In this document: positions 37,401-49,234 of the stretch, in pieces
Layout of the letters: each line of letters opens with the position of its first letter
How positions within the stretch are numbered: position 1 is the stretch's first letter
Source: Macrostomum hystrix
Lineage: Eukaryota > Animalia > Platyhelminthes
Length of the DNA stretch: 64,000 bases
Direction: 5' to 3'
Assembly (NCBI GenBank): GCA_950097015.1
Contig: CATNEN010000038.1
Location: 29,016,001 to 29,080,000, forward strand
Notes under the pieces: model-generated
Databases searched by the model: none
Told to the model about the DNA's origin: nothing
What the model saw: only the letters and a program-made list of their open reading frames with translations
Position numbers and translations under genes: made by a program

Positions 37401-37968
37401 AAGTCTCCTTGGCGAGAGGCCTGATTGGACTAGCGAAGACGGTGCAGGGGGCAGCCAATGGGCGAGCGACAAACAACGATAAAGGAGGGTGGCCTAAGCC
37501 GGGGCCGGGCAGAACTGGATTGAGCAGGTAGTCGGAGTGGAAGGGTTAGAGACGCAGGGGTCGGAGCAAGGTCATTGTGAGACGCAGCTCACAACATGTA
37601 CATCTGCACTGTCTTTCTCATCGTCAGGCAATGTACACCTTCACTGTTCCTCTCCTCCTTCTCCTTCTTTGTGCGAGACGCGAACACGATAGACCGCTCT
37701 GCCACTTACCCCTGAGTTTAGTTCATAGAAAAATTCAAAACCAACCTTCTCAGGGCTGTACAATCCGGATGGCACGAAGTACCAGACCACAAAGCCGCAA
37801 ACGGGACCGAATACCAACATCGGCTTGAGTGCTGGCTCCTTCGCAGCAATTTTGGTGACAACTGTTCTGGTTGGCCTAATACTCGGGCTGGTCATGCTGA
37901 TGGCGGTGCTCCATTCCAGAGGCAATTCAATCTGGCGCGACACCAAGGCCTTCTTCACGAGACGATGA
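28401..37968 (+). CDS. Type I membrane protein with signal peptide, two ependymin/LolA-like domains, four PAN/Apple-like domains and a TM helix, ~1011 aa
   Basis: Fifteen phase-consistent exons: 28401-28455 (MSWFCLAICLISFISQAA; alternative ATG 28389), 28889-29086, 29167-29297, 29370-29481, 31338-31492, 32121-32546, 33047-33148, 33244-33342, 33473-33653, 33734-33913, 34028-34267, 34552-34977, 35603-35931, 36013-36199, 37754-37968. Repeated IRGVAADRW / SRGLPVDVY motifs; PAN-type CALACLDETQFKCQSVTYC and CARICD...CRSFDVC; TM FAAILVTTVLVGLILGLVMLMAVL. Confidence 0.85.
28575..28800. repeat. Degenerate ~21-bp repeats (ACCACCTGTTAGACATGTA) with embedded units of the 31-bp satellite
   Basis: Read directly; atcagagggatccc...ggaggattatcagagaggatcccatt at about 28600-28647. 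Confidence 0.7.
29495..31190. repeat. 31-bp minisatellite (GGGGATCCCATTCCATAGGAGGATTATCAGA), intronic
   Basis: About 54 units starting ~15 bp after the splice donor at 29482. Confidence 0.97.
31547..31900 (+). mobile_element. SINE family A, near full-length reference copy
   Basis: GGGGTTGAGTGGCAGAGCGG (A box), GAGCTCGATTCC (B box), GCAGATGTACACACCTGTG core, CTCCTGCAATTATT tail. Confidence 0.88.
36660..37713 (-). mobile_element. SINE family A copy interrupted by a solo LTR
   Basis: Removing the insertion and one TSD copy restores cacacaggtgtgta|catctgcac; the head gaccgctctgccacttacccc ends at about 37713. Confidence 0.8.
36751..37596 (-). mobile_element. Solo LTR (846 bp), probably Gypsy/Ty3 type
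   Basis: Termini TGTTGT...ACAACA; 4-bp TSD TGTA at 36747-36750 and 37597-37600; CCAAT boxes at 37390-37460; AATAAA cluster on the minus strand at about 37190-37200. Confidence 0.88.
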
Positions 37969-39099
37969 AGACGATGAATTAAAAAACATTGGTGCTGCGA
38001 ATCTGGCTGCACCTGCGGCGTAAACTACTTTACAGTACCTAAAGCGACATTGACACATTATCTGAGAAATTGTTTACCTGTATTGTAAAAAATCTTTCGG
38101 TCGTACAAATGGTGCAGACAGTCAGTTTTTGGTGGCACCTGACAAAGCCAGAACAGAAGCTTCAATACTCGTATGTCCCTAGCTTTTTTCGATGAAACAT
38201 CATAGAAGCGAACTTCAAGTTCACTGGAATTTAATACTTAACTATTTGACAATATAAAACTTTTCTAAGCTCGTAGTTTCACTTGATTCTGGGGCTCGAT
38301 ACAATGTTTGTTCTACTTTTTTTAATAAATAAAAAATTATGTTGTCTTGTCATAAAGTGTTTCTCAACCTTATTGTCACTCCACTTTCATATTGAAAAGA
38401 GCACAACAATAATTTATAGTAATTATTACGAGCGTATTGTATCTGTCGCTCATTTTTTATCTCTAAATCTTTAACCGGGCATATTTTCAAACAAAAATTC
38501 AATTTCGAAGTAGTTATTTTACCCTTAATCTTCTAATAAATATTTACTGTCATCGAATCGGATAGAATTAAGAGGGGTAGATGGAAATGACAGAATGTTT
38601 CGTCAATTCTGGGTATTCACGATAAAATAAAATTGGTTCATTATTAAGGAAATGCACAAAGAATAGTCAAACATTTAAATTCAGCATTTTCATGACTAAT
38701 CTAGCTGTCATAGTACTCCGAATGTGTTTGACAGCAAACTTAGTGATAACCAGTATTCAAGGCACGGCTAGTCACGTGCACAGCAGCAGAGATGAAAATG
38801 GGTGAGAAGAAAGACAGAAAATAAGACGGATAGGACTGTACTCTGAGTCATTGCACAGCTTTGTGCATATACAATGAGCCCAACCCCAAATTGCTAGCAC
38901 AATGTACTCACCTTAGAGCTATTGTGTGTACTCAGTTTTTTTGCGACTGCACTGGAGTGCATGCCAGTTTATTCCGAATTTTGTCACCATTTGATATAAG
39001 ACTGGGCCGAAAAACATGCCAAAATTCTTGATCGCAATAATAAGGCATGCAAAAGACATCAAGAAACAGCTAATTGACAAGTAAACTAGCAGAGCAGCA

Positions 39100-41985
39100 A
39101 TGAAGAAAAGTTTTGCTTTGAATGCGGCAGCAAAGGTGCCGAAGCCGCAGCAGCAGCTAGACAGCTACAATCGAGTGCCCGGACTGCACAAAATCCGCAC
39201 ACGCGATCTCATGAGCACACTGCGAGTATTCGCCGCCTGCACCAGCGCGCACGGAATGGCTCGTCTGAATCATCCGTCCAGGTCTTGCCAGATTGGCTGG
39301 GCCCTGATTATCACTGCCGCTTTCATAGGTTTGACGATCAACCTGTCTAATCTAGTGATCAAGTACCGTGACGAACCGATCACTACTCAGATCAAAGCTC
39401 GAGGCAGTCGCTATGTACCGCCAGATATAACCATCTGTAATCGAATGATGTTTGCAATCAGCAAAATTTTCAACAGCACCTCTGCAACTAATGCCTCGGC
39501 GCCGAATCTCGCCGAGTTTCATCACGATATAGCTCCGGCGTTTCGACCTGTGTTCCAGAGCATTCAAAAAATCCGCCAGGTGCTCGAGCTTAGTGCTAGG
39601 CGATACCTGGTGCTCAACTATGGTGCCTACGAGACTGATACAAATTTATTGCGAATCGAGGACGACAGTGCATACAATTTGCCAAGTAAGTGCCTCTTCA
39701 ACAGTAGAAAGACAATGCTAGCTCGTATTTTTCCCCTAGGAAAAAGACTCTGAGGGTATTTCAAATAGCCACTGCCTATATTTAGAAACCGAATGACAGA
39801 TTTTCGTGATAGTCCACCATTTGGATCTAAATTTTTCCACCCTTTACGATAAAATTACTTTAGAAGCCATTCGACGTCAGCATCAGCGAGATATTCAGCG
39901 ATTCTTCTTAAAAACTCTGGGGACAGGGCAACTGAAAATTCTCTGTATTGAAAATCAAGTTGTCGTTGTGACCTATTTCTCATCATCCCAGGCACATGAG
40001 ATCCCTCTCATCTGACGGGGCATTGGCAGCGACCGTCAGAATACTTAATAAAGCATCTGTCTTTGATATGTACACCGGGTGGTTTCCCTGCTAATTAACA
40101 TAGTTTTTGGAGCATGGAACATGGTTACATAATGAAATGCTGTGATCAGAAAAATAATGCCAATATAATTGGTGGTTTTGGCAACCAGACACCCCGACGA
40201 GAATTGTTAAATGTATCGACGATGTCGACGTTTGTGACTCTGTAAGTTGTTTTAACGGATAGAGCGAAAACTTTTTGCCCGTTTTCTGGACGTTCGTTTG
40301 TTGAGAGTACAGAAAAAAATTGTATACATTTTTATAGAACAAATAAGAAAAATATAATTGTGAGCACTTGAAATACACCCAACCATGTCCTTTATGCTGT
40401 TGAACGCCAACTTATCAATTTATTTTACTTATTATCCGCAAATATTTATGAAAACCTTTTATTTTTTGCTGAAACAGATCTAGTAATTCGTGACACGTAC
40501 GGATTTCGATTCCTGTCCCAGTTCAGTGCCGACCCATCACAAGCGCTGCTTTCTTGTACCTATGGAACGAGAGCCTGCGACATTCACGATTTTCAAGTGC
40601 GCTCTCTACCGGCTTTTCCTTCGTGTTTGACCTTCAGTGCGCAGCGCTTTGGACAGAGACGCCCAAATGTTACCGTAAACAGTCTGAATGAGTTGCGTAT
40701 CGGCATGTTCACGGACTCTTATCACATTAGTCCAGTGGTGACTGACAGCCTTTTAAAGCTTCCAGGTGACTGGTTCAACATGCAAAAGCCGGGTGGAGCC
40801 GTCGTCTTTGTCCACCAGCCGGGAACATATCCGACCCACGGCAACCAAATCGAAGCGCCGATCAATCAGGAGACGGTAGTGGACATTCGATACCTTGAGT
40901 ACACTTCAAAGAGTACAAAGAAATATAAGTGTTTGACGGATCCTAATGACAACATGCAGCTGCAGTACATGGTGCTTGATGATCAGACCCTCAGACCAGA
41001 AACTTTTCAAGCTCAGCTTGCCGACTGTCTTGTGGCCCTAACTCAGGAAGTGCTGCTTAAACAGTGTGGCTTTATCGATCCTACCCTGCCGCTGAGCATC
41101 TCTATGTCGAACGAACCAAAGCGCGGCAACCTGACGAACCTGTTATCCGGTATCGATCAGGCAAGGCTGGACCCGGCAAGCCTCATCGACTATGTCTACC
41201 AGACTTTCCTGAGCTCAAATGCTTCCGAGCTTCCAGCTATTATCGATACGCTACTGGACAATGAAATCTGCCTGCGAGCCGCTTTTGTCGCCGCAAGAAG
41301 CGATCAGCGGCTGCAGCAGGGCTGCCTCGATCGCTGTCATGCGAAAATCTACGAAACCAGAGTGATGCCGATTGCATGGCCAGAGGGACCCAAAATAAAA
41401 GATTTCCTGGTGCCGACACTGCAGCGATGGCTTCATTCGAACTCATTTTACCCAAATAGTGGCGCAATAGTAGATGAGAAATTTCTCCAACAGATCAACT
41501 GGAATCTTTATCAATCCTACAAGCAACTTTTAAGATCAAATGCTCAAAATGTCAGCGAATCTAGCATAACCAACAAAAACTTCTTAGCTATTCGATTTCG
41601 CGTTGCCGACTCGCAAGGTCGCGACATGCAAACTGACGAAAGCTTCGCATACGAACTCTACGATCTGTTTTCAGACATTGGTGGAATTCTAGGCCTATAC
41701 ATTGGCATCAGCGTGCTGACAGTCTGCGAAGTGGCCGAACTGTGCCTGCAGTTGGCTGTGATGGCCAGCATGATAGCGCACCGACGCAGGACGGAAGTAA
41801 AACTGCCAGTGACAAATGCTGAACGCATCAGGAGGGTTTCAACAATGTCCGCGGCTGCAGCGACCGCTATCATGGTGCGGGGCAGCAGGCAGCAGTCGGA
41901 AATGGAGGGCCGAGGCGGCTCCGCAGTGGCCGTCGCCGCTGCTCAAGTCTGGCAGCAGATGCCTTTAAGGAGGACTTTAGTTTAA
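39100..41985 (+). CDS. DEG/ENaC amiloride-sensitive sodium channel, FaNaC-like, ~697 aa
   Basis: Exons 39100-39685 and 40478-41985 (gtaag...aacag, phase 1). TSAHG motif, post-TM1 PDITICN, Cys-rich ectodomain, TM2 LFSDIGGILGLYIGISVLTVCE. Confidence 0.93.
39735..40380 (+). mobile_element. Dispersed repeat family C, copy with both ends (MITE-like)
   Basis: Begins GGGTATTTCAAAT and ends TTGAAATACACCC (imperfect inverted termini); internal blocks match the 21095 copy. Confidence 0.65.
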
Positions 41986-42495
41986 GCCATGCAGTCATCC
42001 AACACTGAAATGCTAATTAAAATATAGATGATCATTAAAAAATTATTATAATCTAAGACTGCTTGTTCACAAAGCCATTGAATAAATCCTATGTGGTGTG
42101 AATCATTTACATTTTCAAAGAATTAAAAATAAAAAGTAACATTTAATCACATTTAAACGAGAATTTTAATTTTGAAATATCGGCGCCAAAGGCCATGAAG
42201 GTACGTTTTATGACTCTGTACCCATATCTAGGCAGCGTTACAAAGCATTGCTTGGATACATGTAAAACATTGTGTGCAATCAGTAAATTGAAACAAAAAA
42301 CTGCTTTTTGCAGTTAGTGAGTGATGTACGCCTGTAGACTATAGATAAGCATGGTGCTCCAGCTAGCGAGCTGGTGTTTTTCAGAAGTGCCCAATATGCA
42401 ATTGTTGTGTTCTAAAGGTTAAACCTTGTTTTTTTTAATAAAGATTTTTAAGAACTATTAGATAATAACATAAAGAGAAAAGCTACAGGAGTAAT

Positions 42496-43497
42496 TCAAT
42501 TGAACATTGGTCTACCGCTCCCACAACTATGTAGGTGGCAGCGTCCGCAGCCAAATGTGCACGCAAAATAGCCTCGAAATCTGGCGCCAATGAAGTAGGC
42601 GATCCAGTTGATAGCGCTGTTCATGTAGAGAAGGGTGTTAAAAATGGTAGAAACAGGTGGGCTCACGTTAATCACCTGCGAAAACGTATTAGCGATGCTC
42701 CAAGGCAAACTGAAAGCTAGAAAGTTGAAGTTGAGAAAAATCAGCAGAAAGCTGAGACGAGCCGCGCCTTTTCCCCGCTTGGCCGCGTCCGCGTCCGATG
42801 GCGCTAGCCTCATCGAGCGAAACAGCGCTGCGCACACGATCAGGGTGCCAATCAGTAGCAGCGAGCCCAGAGCCAGACGAGCCAAGTACAGTTCGAGCTG
42901 CACAACAATGCGATTGAACGAATAAGACGCTGGTGCGCAGGTTGTGGTCCAAGTAGTGTTGCAGGTCTCTAGTACAGGAAATGTGAGGCTTAATATTCCT
43001 AGAATTATAGCCAATATACAGACGCGAGTTCGCGTTAAAACTAGTTTCGCTCGCAACGGCATAGTAACAGCAACGACTCGATCGATAGTCAGTCCCAATT
43101 GAAAGAATGAAGCGCCATACAAGGCATAAAAAGTGATGAACCGATGCAGCATGCACAATGGCAAGCTGATGGAGTTCGGGTCTCTGTACCAGGCCCATGA
43201 TCCTTGGCCTATCCGGTACGCCATAACGCCGAAGTAATAAGTGCTGCCTCGGAACAGCAGGGTCAGCACGTCCGAGGCTGAGATGATGAGCATAAAGAGA
43301 CGCGTTGCGAAAGGAAAAGCCCTGCTGTGTCTCAGGATGACAGTGAAGCAGAGCAGATTTACAGTGCCACCGCCCCAGCATAAGATGGGAAACAGCCACA
43401 CGAACAGGTTCCAAATGTACAGTCTCCAGGCAGCATCCTCGTACCATATCGCAATGTCGCTCGCTTGAGTCACACTGTCGTTAGTCTCATTGTTCAT
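42496..43497 (-). CDS. Intronless rhodopsin-class peptide-receptor-like GPCR (~333 aa)
   Basis: Seven hydrophobic segments, N-glycosylated N-terminus (NET, NDS), SASD in TM2, TIDRVVAVTMPLRAK, FSLPW in TM6, NSAINWIAY in TM7, FR helix 8. First ATG at 43497. Confidence 0.9.
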   Translation of the reverse strand: MNNETNDSVTQASDIAIWYEDAAWRLYIWNLFVWLFPILCWGGGTVNLLCFTVILRHSRAFPFATRLFMLIISASDVLTLLFRGSTYYFGVMAYRIGQGSWAWYRDPNSISLPLCMLHRFITFYALYGASFFQLGLTIDRVVAVTMPLRAKLVLTRTRVCILAIILGILSLTFPVLETCNTTWTTTCAPASYSFNRIVVQLELYLARLALGSLLLIGTLIVCAALFRSMRLAPSDADAAKRGKGAARLSFLLIFLNFNFLAFSLPWSIANTFSQVINVSPPVSTIFNTLLYMNSAINWIAYFIGARFRGYFACTFGCGRCHLHSCGSGRPMFN

Positions 43498-44742
43498 AGT
43501 TCTGAAGTTCCCAGTGAGTTTCCCCAAATGTCAAGCTGAAAAAAACAAAATTTTGAGAATTTTATAATATTAAAAATTATCCTTCGTTTTAAACGGCATT
43601 GTGGGATTTGCAGTTCCCATTCTCGTCTTACCAAAATGAAGGTAGGGGACGTTCTAAAATGCTTTGCTGACTGCTGCGGCAAACTTCGTCTAACTTCTGC
43701 AGTAGCACAAAATTCTGTTTAAAATCGACGTTAAATACTTGTTCCCTGAGCAACTGAGCACTGGGCAGTGTTTACACAGTCCAGCACCTTTCGTCGAGAT
43801 CATTCACCCTTGAGTAGATGTGCGCACCGTTTCACATTTCCTCAGCAGGTCGTTGAAGACGCCCCTGTGAAACACGCAGCTGCCTGCAGATTCTGACCAT
43901 AAAGACCAAGTGGAAAATTTCGCACTGTTTGCACAGCCACTCCTGTTAGATCGAGAATCTTAAAACGCGTGCGTGCTGACCACTGTGTTAGAACAACTGA
44001 AGTGGGTAAAAATTTGAGAACACATAATGCACTAAGAGCACTAAGAAGGGCATAGCTCCATGAGGATAATAGTCAATAGATGAGTACGAGGTAGCAGCTC
44101 ACTGGAAAATGAGGAACAAGTCTAACTGTTTACAATCCATGCATATCAAATAACTTACTTGCTAGGAGCACCAGCAGCCTCAGTTGACAAGAGTGGTTGT
44201 GGGTGGTCCTAAAATATTGTTCGAAGCCCTGAACGATTGAAAGTTACGGTTCCTCGGCAATAAATTGAGCTAATTTAAAAAACTATGGAAACATGTTTTC
44301 AGAAGCAGCATCCTTCAGCAGATTTAATCTTAAATGTACTGATATATTTGTACAGCTTTTAGCTGAAACAGAAAACGAAAAATAATCAAGCAGTACTACG
44401 CTGGGCTAAAAAATCGATAAAATAACAATAATTTGTATACTGAAAGCAGTACTGTTGTGTGGCTTCAAGTGATAGTGCATTTAATCGTAATTCATAAATA
44501 CTTGTAGCACGATACGTCAAATGAAAATTATGTTGCAGCTAGTTAACTCAGTAATTTGTTTGAATGCTACGAGAACAATGGTTTAAACTGCAAATAATCA
44601 TACTGTTTTGCATAATAAACAAAGCTGAGGTTATATACTCGTAGAATAAACTTTTTTCGTTTTTTAACTATTTAGCAACTAGTGAATGATATACTGGACG
44701 CATCTCTTAAAGTCGCAAACACTTGAACTGCCTGCGGAGTCA

Positions 44743-47700
44743 TCATTGATTTAGCGGCTCAAGAGCGGGGTCGCCATTGCTCTCTGCAGCGGTTTTTTCA
44801 TCCCTAGTCAAGCCCTTCACAGCGCGCAGTTCTTCTTCGGCTTCAAAGGCCTCGGCGGTGGCGGCGGTCCCATCGCGACCGTAGCGTCTGGCGCAGAAGA
44901 ACCAAACGAGAAAGAAGAAGACGCAGGCAATAGCATGGCCGAACACAGAGAGCAGGTGGAAGGCGTAGCGGAACGCCACCCGATCGTACATTTCACAGTA
45001 GGAGCGCTGACCGTCGTTGCTGTTGATCAGGCAGATGTTGTCGAACACGGCCCCAATTAATGGTGGAAGCAGAGACGCTGAAAATTGAAAACAGTTAGAT
45101 ACTAATCTGGATCTAAGAACCAGGGCCTCACTTTAAGCCTGTGATGACCTCCGAATAATTACATGCCTACTCGTAATTTCGAATCCGTAAGTGTGTTTAT
45201 TCGAGGCAATGCTAAGAAGTGCTTCAGAACTATTACTTTGATAAAAAAAGTTGAAACCAAAATTGTTGAACGAGATTTACATTCGGCGGCACAACCTACA
45301 GCAATTGCTCAGCGCATCAAAAGTCTAAAGACTATTCGAAGAAGGTGCTACCGAAGCTCCTCCCTAGATAGGGCTTCAGTGGCGGTGCAGAACTACCGCA
45401 TTGATGTGCATACCAAATTTATGCCTCGCTGGCTGCGTGTCGACGCGTCGCCAAATAATCCTAACTATTCTAAACGTCAGTCTTTACAGTTCACAGTCCA
45501 CACAGTGAAAAATGTTCGGTTGCCCAGTTGCCCAATGGTGTGATGAACTCACAAGTAATGCCCCACATGAAGCTGCTAGAAGCCAGGGCCAGCGCTTTAT
45601 CTCTGGGCTGGACGCAGCGCAAATTGATAACCGCCTCCTGGGTGCGGGCCGAGCACTGAAGGGCGCCCAAGGCTATGGAAATCAGGGCGTAGGCCATCAG
45701 GCTTGAGTAGCAAGCGCCCTCGCAGGTGCCCAGGCGCACGGAGCCGCCGGGCACGCACTGACAGCCGCTCGTGAGACCTCCAGCCTGCGAGCAGCCGGCA
45801 ACGCAGGGAGAAAAATATGTCACATTGCCACCGCAGACTGGGAAGTAATCAGATCGCGTGCAAGCCCCACAGTCGCCAAGGCCGCAGTAAGAGCCGTTGA
45901 CGTAATATTCGCCTGAGGAAAAAAGCATGGTTTTCACTTCATTCTAAAAGGTACAGAAGCAAGTTATCTATACACCTCAACAAGCGGGCCTCTTAATCAA
46001 GGGAATTAAGGTCTGTGATGCTGCGAAAACTGCAACGTTCCACATTCATTTGGGGCGCAGCAGCGGAGAGAAGGCTTGGACAATTAGAGAGAATTGTCGT
46101 GCAATTTACGCCCTAGACTGCCAACCTCCAAACCAAAGTAAAGGTGTTCACTGCCTGACGATGAGAAAGTCACGGCAGATGTGTGTATGTGTGCGTGTGT
46201 GATCAGGAATCAGCGAAATGGGCAGAATTGCCTCCTCGCTGGCTGCAGGTCTAGTGCCACTAAATTGTGCACAATTGCCTGAGGCCAATAATAAGTGGAA
46301 CATGTTAGCAAATGACTCACCAGCGGCTGGTGACGAATGAGGACTGGTGAGTACATGCGGGGTGTCGCAAACGAATAGTGTGCCGACGTAATACCGCAGC
46401 ACTCCGAACAGGTGAACAAATGCGTGAAAGCGAGCCAGTGAGTACATGCTCATTTGAAAGCGATAGGAAATTAATATGCTCAATAGTAGTCCGAGGCCAA
46501 ATGTCAGCGGCATAAGAAGACCTGCCAAGAGGAATAAAAAAGAAATAGTCTTCTGATTATAGAAAGACAAACACTACCGTATGTTCTCACCTGTGATGGC
46601 GCTGGCCTCGCTCTGCGGCAGGTCGAAATGATGCTCCAAATATTTGGCATTGTAATTCGCCGGTGTACTCAGTGCAACGAATTCGAAAAAGTTGCCAATT
46701 AAGAGGCAGAGAAAAATTGGATTGACAAACAATCGCTTTAATGAGCGTAGGAGGCCTAGAATAAGAAAAAACGTGACACATCAGAAATTATATACGAGTA
46801 TAACCTGTTGCAGCCTAGGCGCAATACTGCGAGAACTCAGTTAAATCAAGCATTGGCGCAGCCTTGCAGCAGCACTCGCTCTCGCAGCTGTCTATGGCAC
46901 AGGCTGGTGGAATGCCACTCGCTCTCGAAGCTGTCTATGGCACTGACTGGTGGAACGCCACTCGCTCTCGAAGCTGTCTATGGCACTGACTGGTGGAATG
47001 CCACTCGCTCTCGAAGCTGCCTATGGCACAGACTGATTGCTTCGTCTATCGCACCAGTCTGTGCCATAGACAGCTGGCAGAGCGAGTGCTGCTGCATGGC
47101 TGTGCTTATGCATGATTATGCCAATAATCCAATGCCAATAACAATAATACTATGGTTAAACTGAGTTCTCCCAAGATCAACTAGGCTGCCAAAGGCTATA
47201 TTAGCACGAAATGCGTTTCGCATCAAAAAGCTTACCAAGAAAGGTCTTCTCCTGGTTGCGCGAGTCTGGGCTAGCCAGCTCCTCTTGCTGCAGGATGTCA
47301 GACTTCTGCTCCGACTGCTTCAACAGTAGCCTGATGATGGGATTCTTTAGCTTGCTGGGATCCTTGGCGACGCGCAGAGGCACCTCGCGGGGAAAAAAGA
47401 ACAACGGAAACGATGCGGTCATGCCCAGGATGCCTGTGGCCAGGTAACCAAGCCACCACGCACCGATCCACAATGGACTCTTCTGGCTACCAACGAACTG
47501 ACTGAGGGTGCCGCTCAGGTTCTCATTTAGCTTAGTTGTACGCGAGCCCAACTGGTAGCCCAGAATTGGCCCGATGGCTCGCAATAGTGTGTACATTCCT
47601 AGGATTTTAACACAATGGTCGTTAAATCTTTAAGTGTCATGTAATAATAATGAAACTACAGTATAATTTATTAAACCTGACCCCGATGGGTTCAGCCAAC

Positions 47701-48771
47701 AGCACAGCCGTAGCTAATGTGCGGCACATCTGAAGGCTGCGTTCAGTCCATGAGGATGTAAACTTTAGGTTCTATAGTTGTCAATCCTCGAGCCAAACCG
47801 ATTGAATTTGGGAAGTTTGTCAAGCAGCAGACTTCAATGTTACGCAAACGCAGTAGTGTAACTATTTCGCTGCCTGCATCACCATGCATCATTCATGAAC
47901 CTGGGCTCCCGGAAGTTTTCCGGGAGCTACTGGATCAATCAGCTACTTATTTCAGTCGATGGGTTCGAGTATTGACCTTTGGCTCCATTCTAGAGCTTTA
48001 AGTTGATATCCCCTTTCGAGATTTTGCGCGCCGCCAAGACTCACCAATAAACACGCCCGACCATTGTTTTGTCATATCGTCGATGAACGCGAAAGTGACA
48101 TTCCAAAACGGTCCAACAGCAACGCCTTGGATGACGCCGCCAAGTAAGAAGATGATGAACGCAACGTTCGACTGGATCTCGATGCCCCAGCGAGCGTCAA
48201 TTGACGTGGCATTATTCAGCGTCGATGGAGTTGTAAGTTCAGACGCCAGCTCATCAGCCTTTGCTAGGCAATAGGGAATCTTTGAGCTAGACAAGGAGCT
48301 CGAAGAGGCGTTTGGACTGACGCTCATACTAGCAACGGCATCTGCACCGAACACCTCTTCAGTTGTGAACTTGGAGCCAAAGAAAAGATAGGGAAGAAAA
48401 TAAATTATTCCCGTAGTTCCGTAGGCCATTGTGCAAACAGCCAGCAGTCTTGGTCGATGACTCATACTGCCGAAATGAGCGGTAAAAAGTACAGTAGCAA
48501 GGTAGCCGAAATCGTTAGCGGACAGAACGAAGCCAACCGTTCGCGTTTTCCAGTCGAAGCGCTTCTCGAATGTGCTAACCATCGAGTTGTGATAGGTTCC
48601 GAGAAGAGCTGAGGCGACTGATGCGCCAACTAGGCAGGTGAATAGAAGTGTGAACTTTCGACAGGGCTGGAGACATGCCGGCCTAAAGCCTGCCACGCCG
48701 CACAATTGCTCCTCGTCGTTATCGTTCTCTTCGACATTGTCGTCAGCTTCTACATTATGCTGCTCAGACAT
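44743..48771 (-). CDS. SLCO: Organic anion transporting polypeptide (SLCO/OATP), ~716 aa
   Basis: Six exons: 48771-48045, 47598-47236, 46755-46591, 46521-46321, 45912-45553, 45077-44743. Motifs STFEKRF, HRPR, IDD, WIGAWWLG signature, KYLEHHF, Kazal-like PVCG...YFSPCVAGC, LRCVQPRDKALAL. Confidence 0.95.
46020..46290 (+). mobile_element. SINE family A copy
   Basis: ccacattcatttggggcgcag...gtcgtgcaatttacgc...ctcgctggctgcaggtctagtg. Confidence 0.8.
46850..47111. repeat. Foldback element: ~55-bp inverted arms enclosing ~44-bp direct repeats
   Basis: TGCAGCAGCACTCGCTCT..AGCTGTCTATGGCACAG at left and CTGTGCCATAGACAGCT..AGAGCGAGTGCTGCTGCA at right; three further tandem copies of the arm inside. Confidence 0.8.
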
Positions 48772-49234
48772 TTTTAAAATAATTTTTTCAAGCAAGAGTT
48801 TTCTAAGTGAATAGGCCTCTTTACTTGTAGCTTCTTTCTTGGTTGGAATTTAGAAATCCGACTGCTAAATACTTTTCGTGAATGACCCTTCCAAGCGAGG
48901 CACGCTGGCTTTGAATACGCAGAGAGTTCGCCCTCCTTATCTATACTGTGTGGATTGAATATGCTAGTGCCAAAACGCAGTATGCACACGTGATCAGGTC
49001 TGTATATTCTACAAGCTGATTTGGAGACAGTTTCTGAGTTGCCACAATTTTGTGAGCTGTCTCTCTTATCTATATCGGCTGAGGCATTATGAACTGACGA
49101 ATAAATTTGGCAGCAGGACTTCGTTCTGTGGTCAAAGAAGCGACAAAATGTCAGTAAAAATACACCCGTTTCAATACCTGCACTGGCGTCTTTTCGTCAG
49201 TTATCTAATTAACTGTCTATTAATTGAACTTTGT

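Noticed and set aside
36671-37476. Overlapping GC-rich ORFs in the last intron of the LolA/PAN gene
   Set aside because: They lie within the solo LTR and have no protein motifs.
47905-47927. Perfect 10-bp hairpin GCTCCCGGAA-GTT-TTCCGGGAGC as a Helitron end or terminator
   Set aside because: No suitably placed CTRR end or matching 5' terminus; intrinsic terminators do not apply here.
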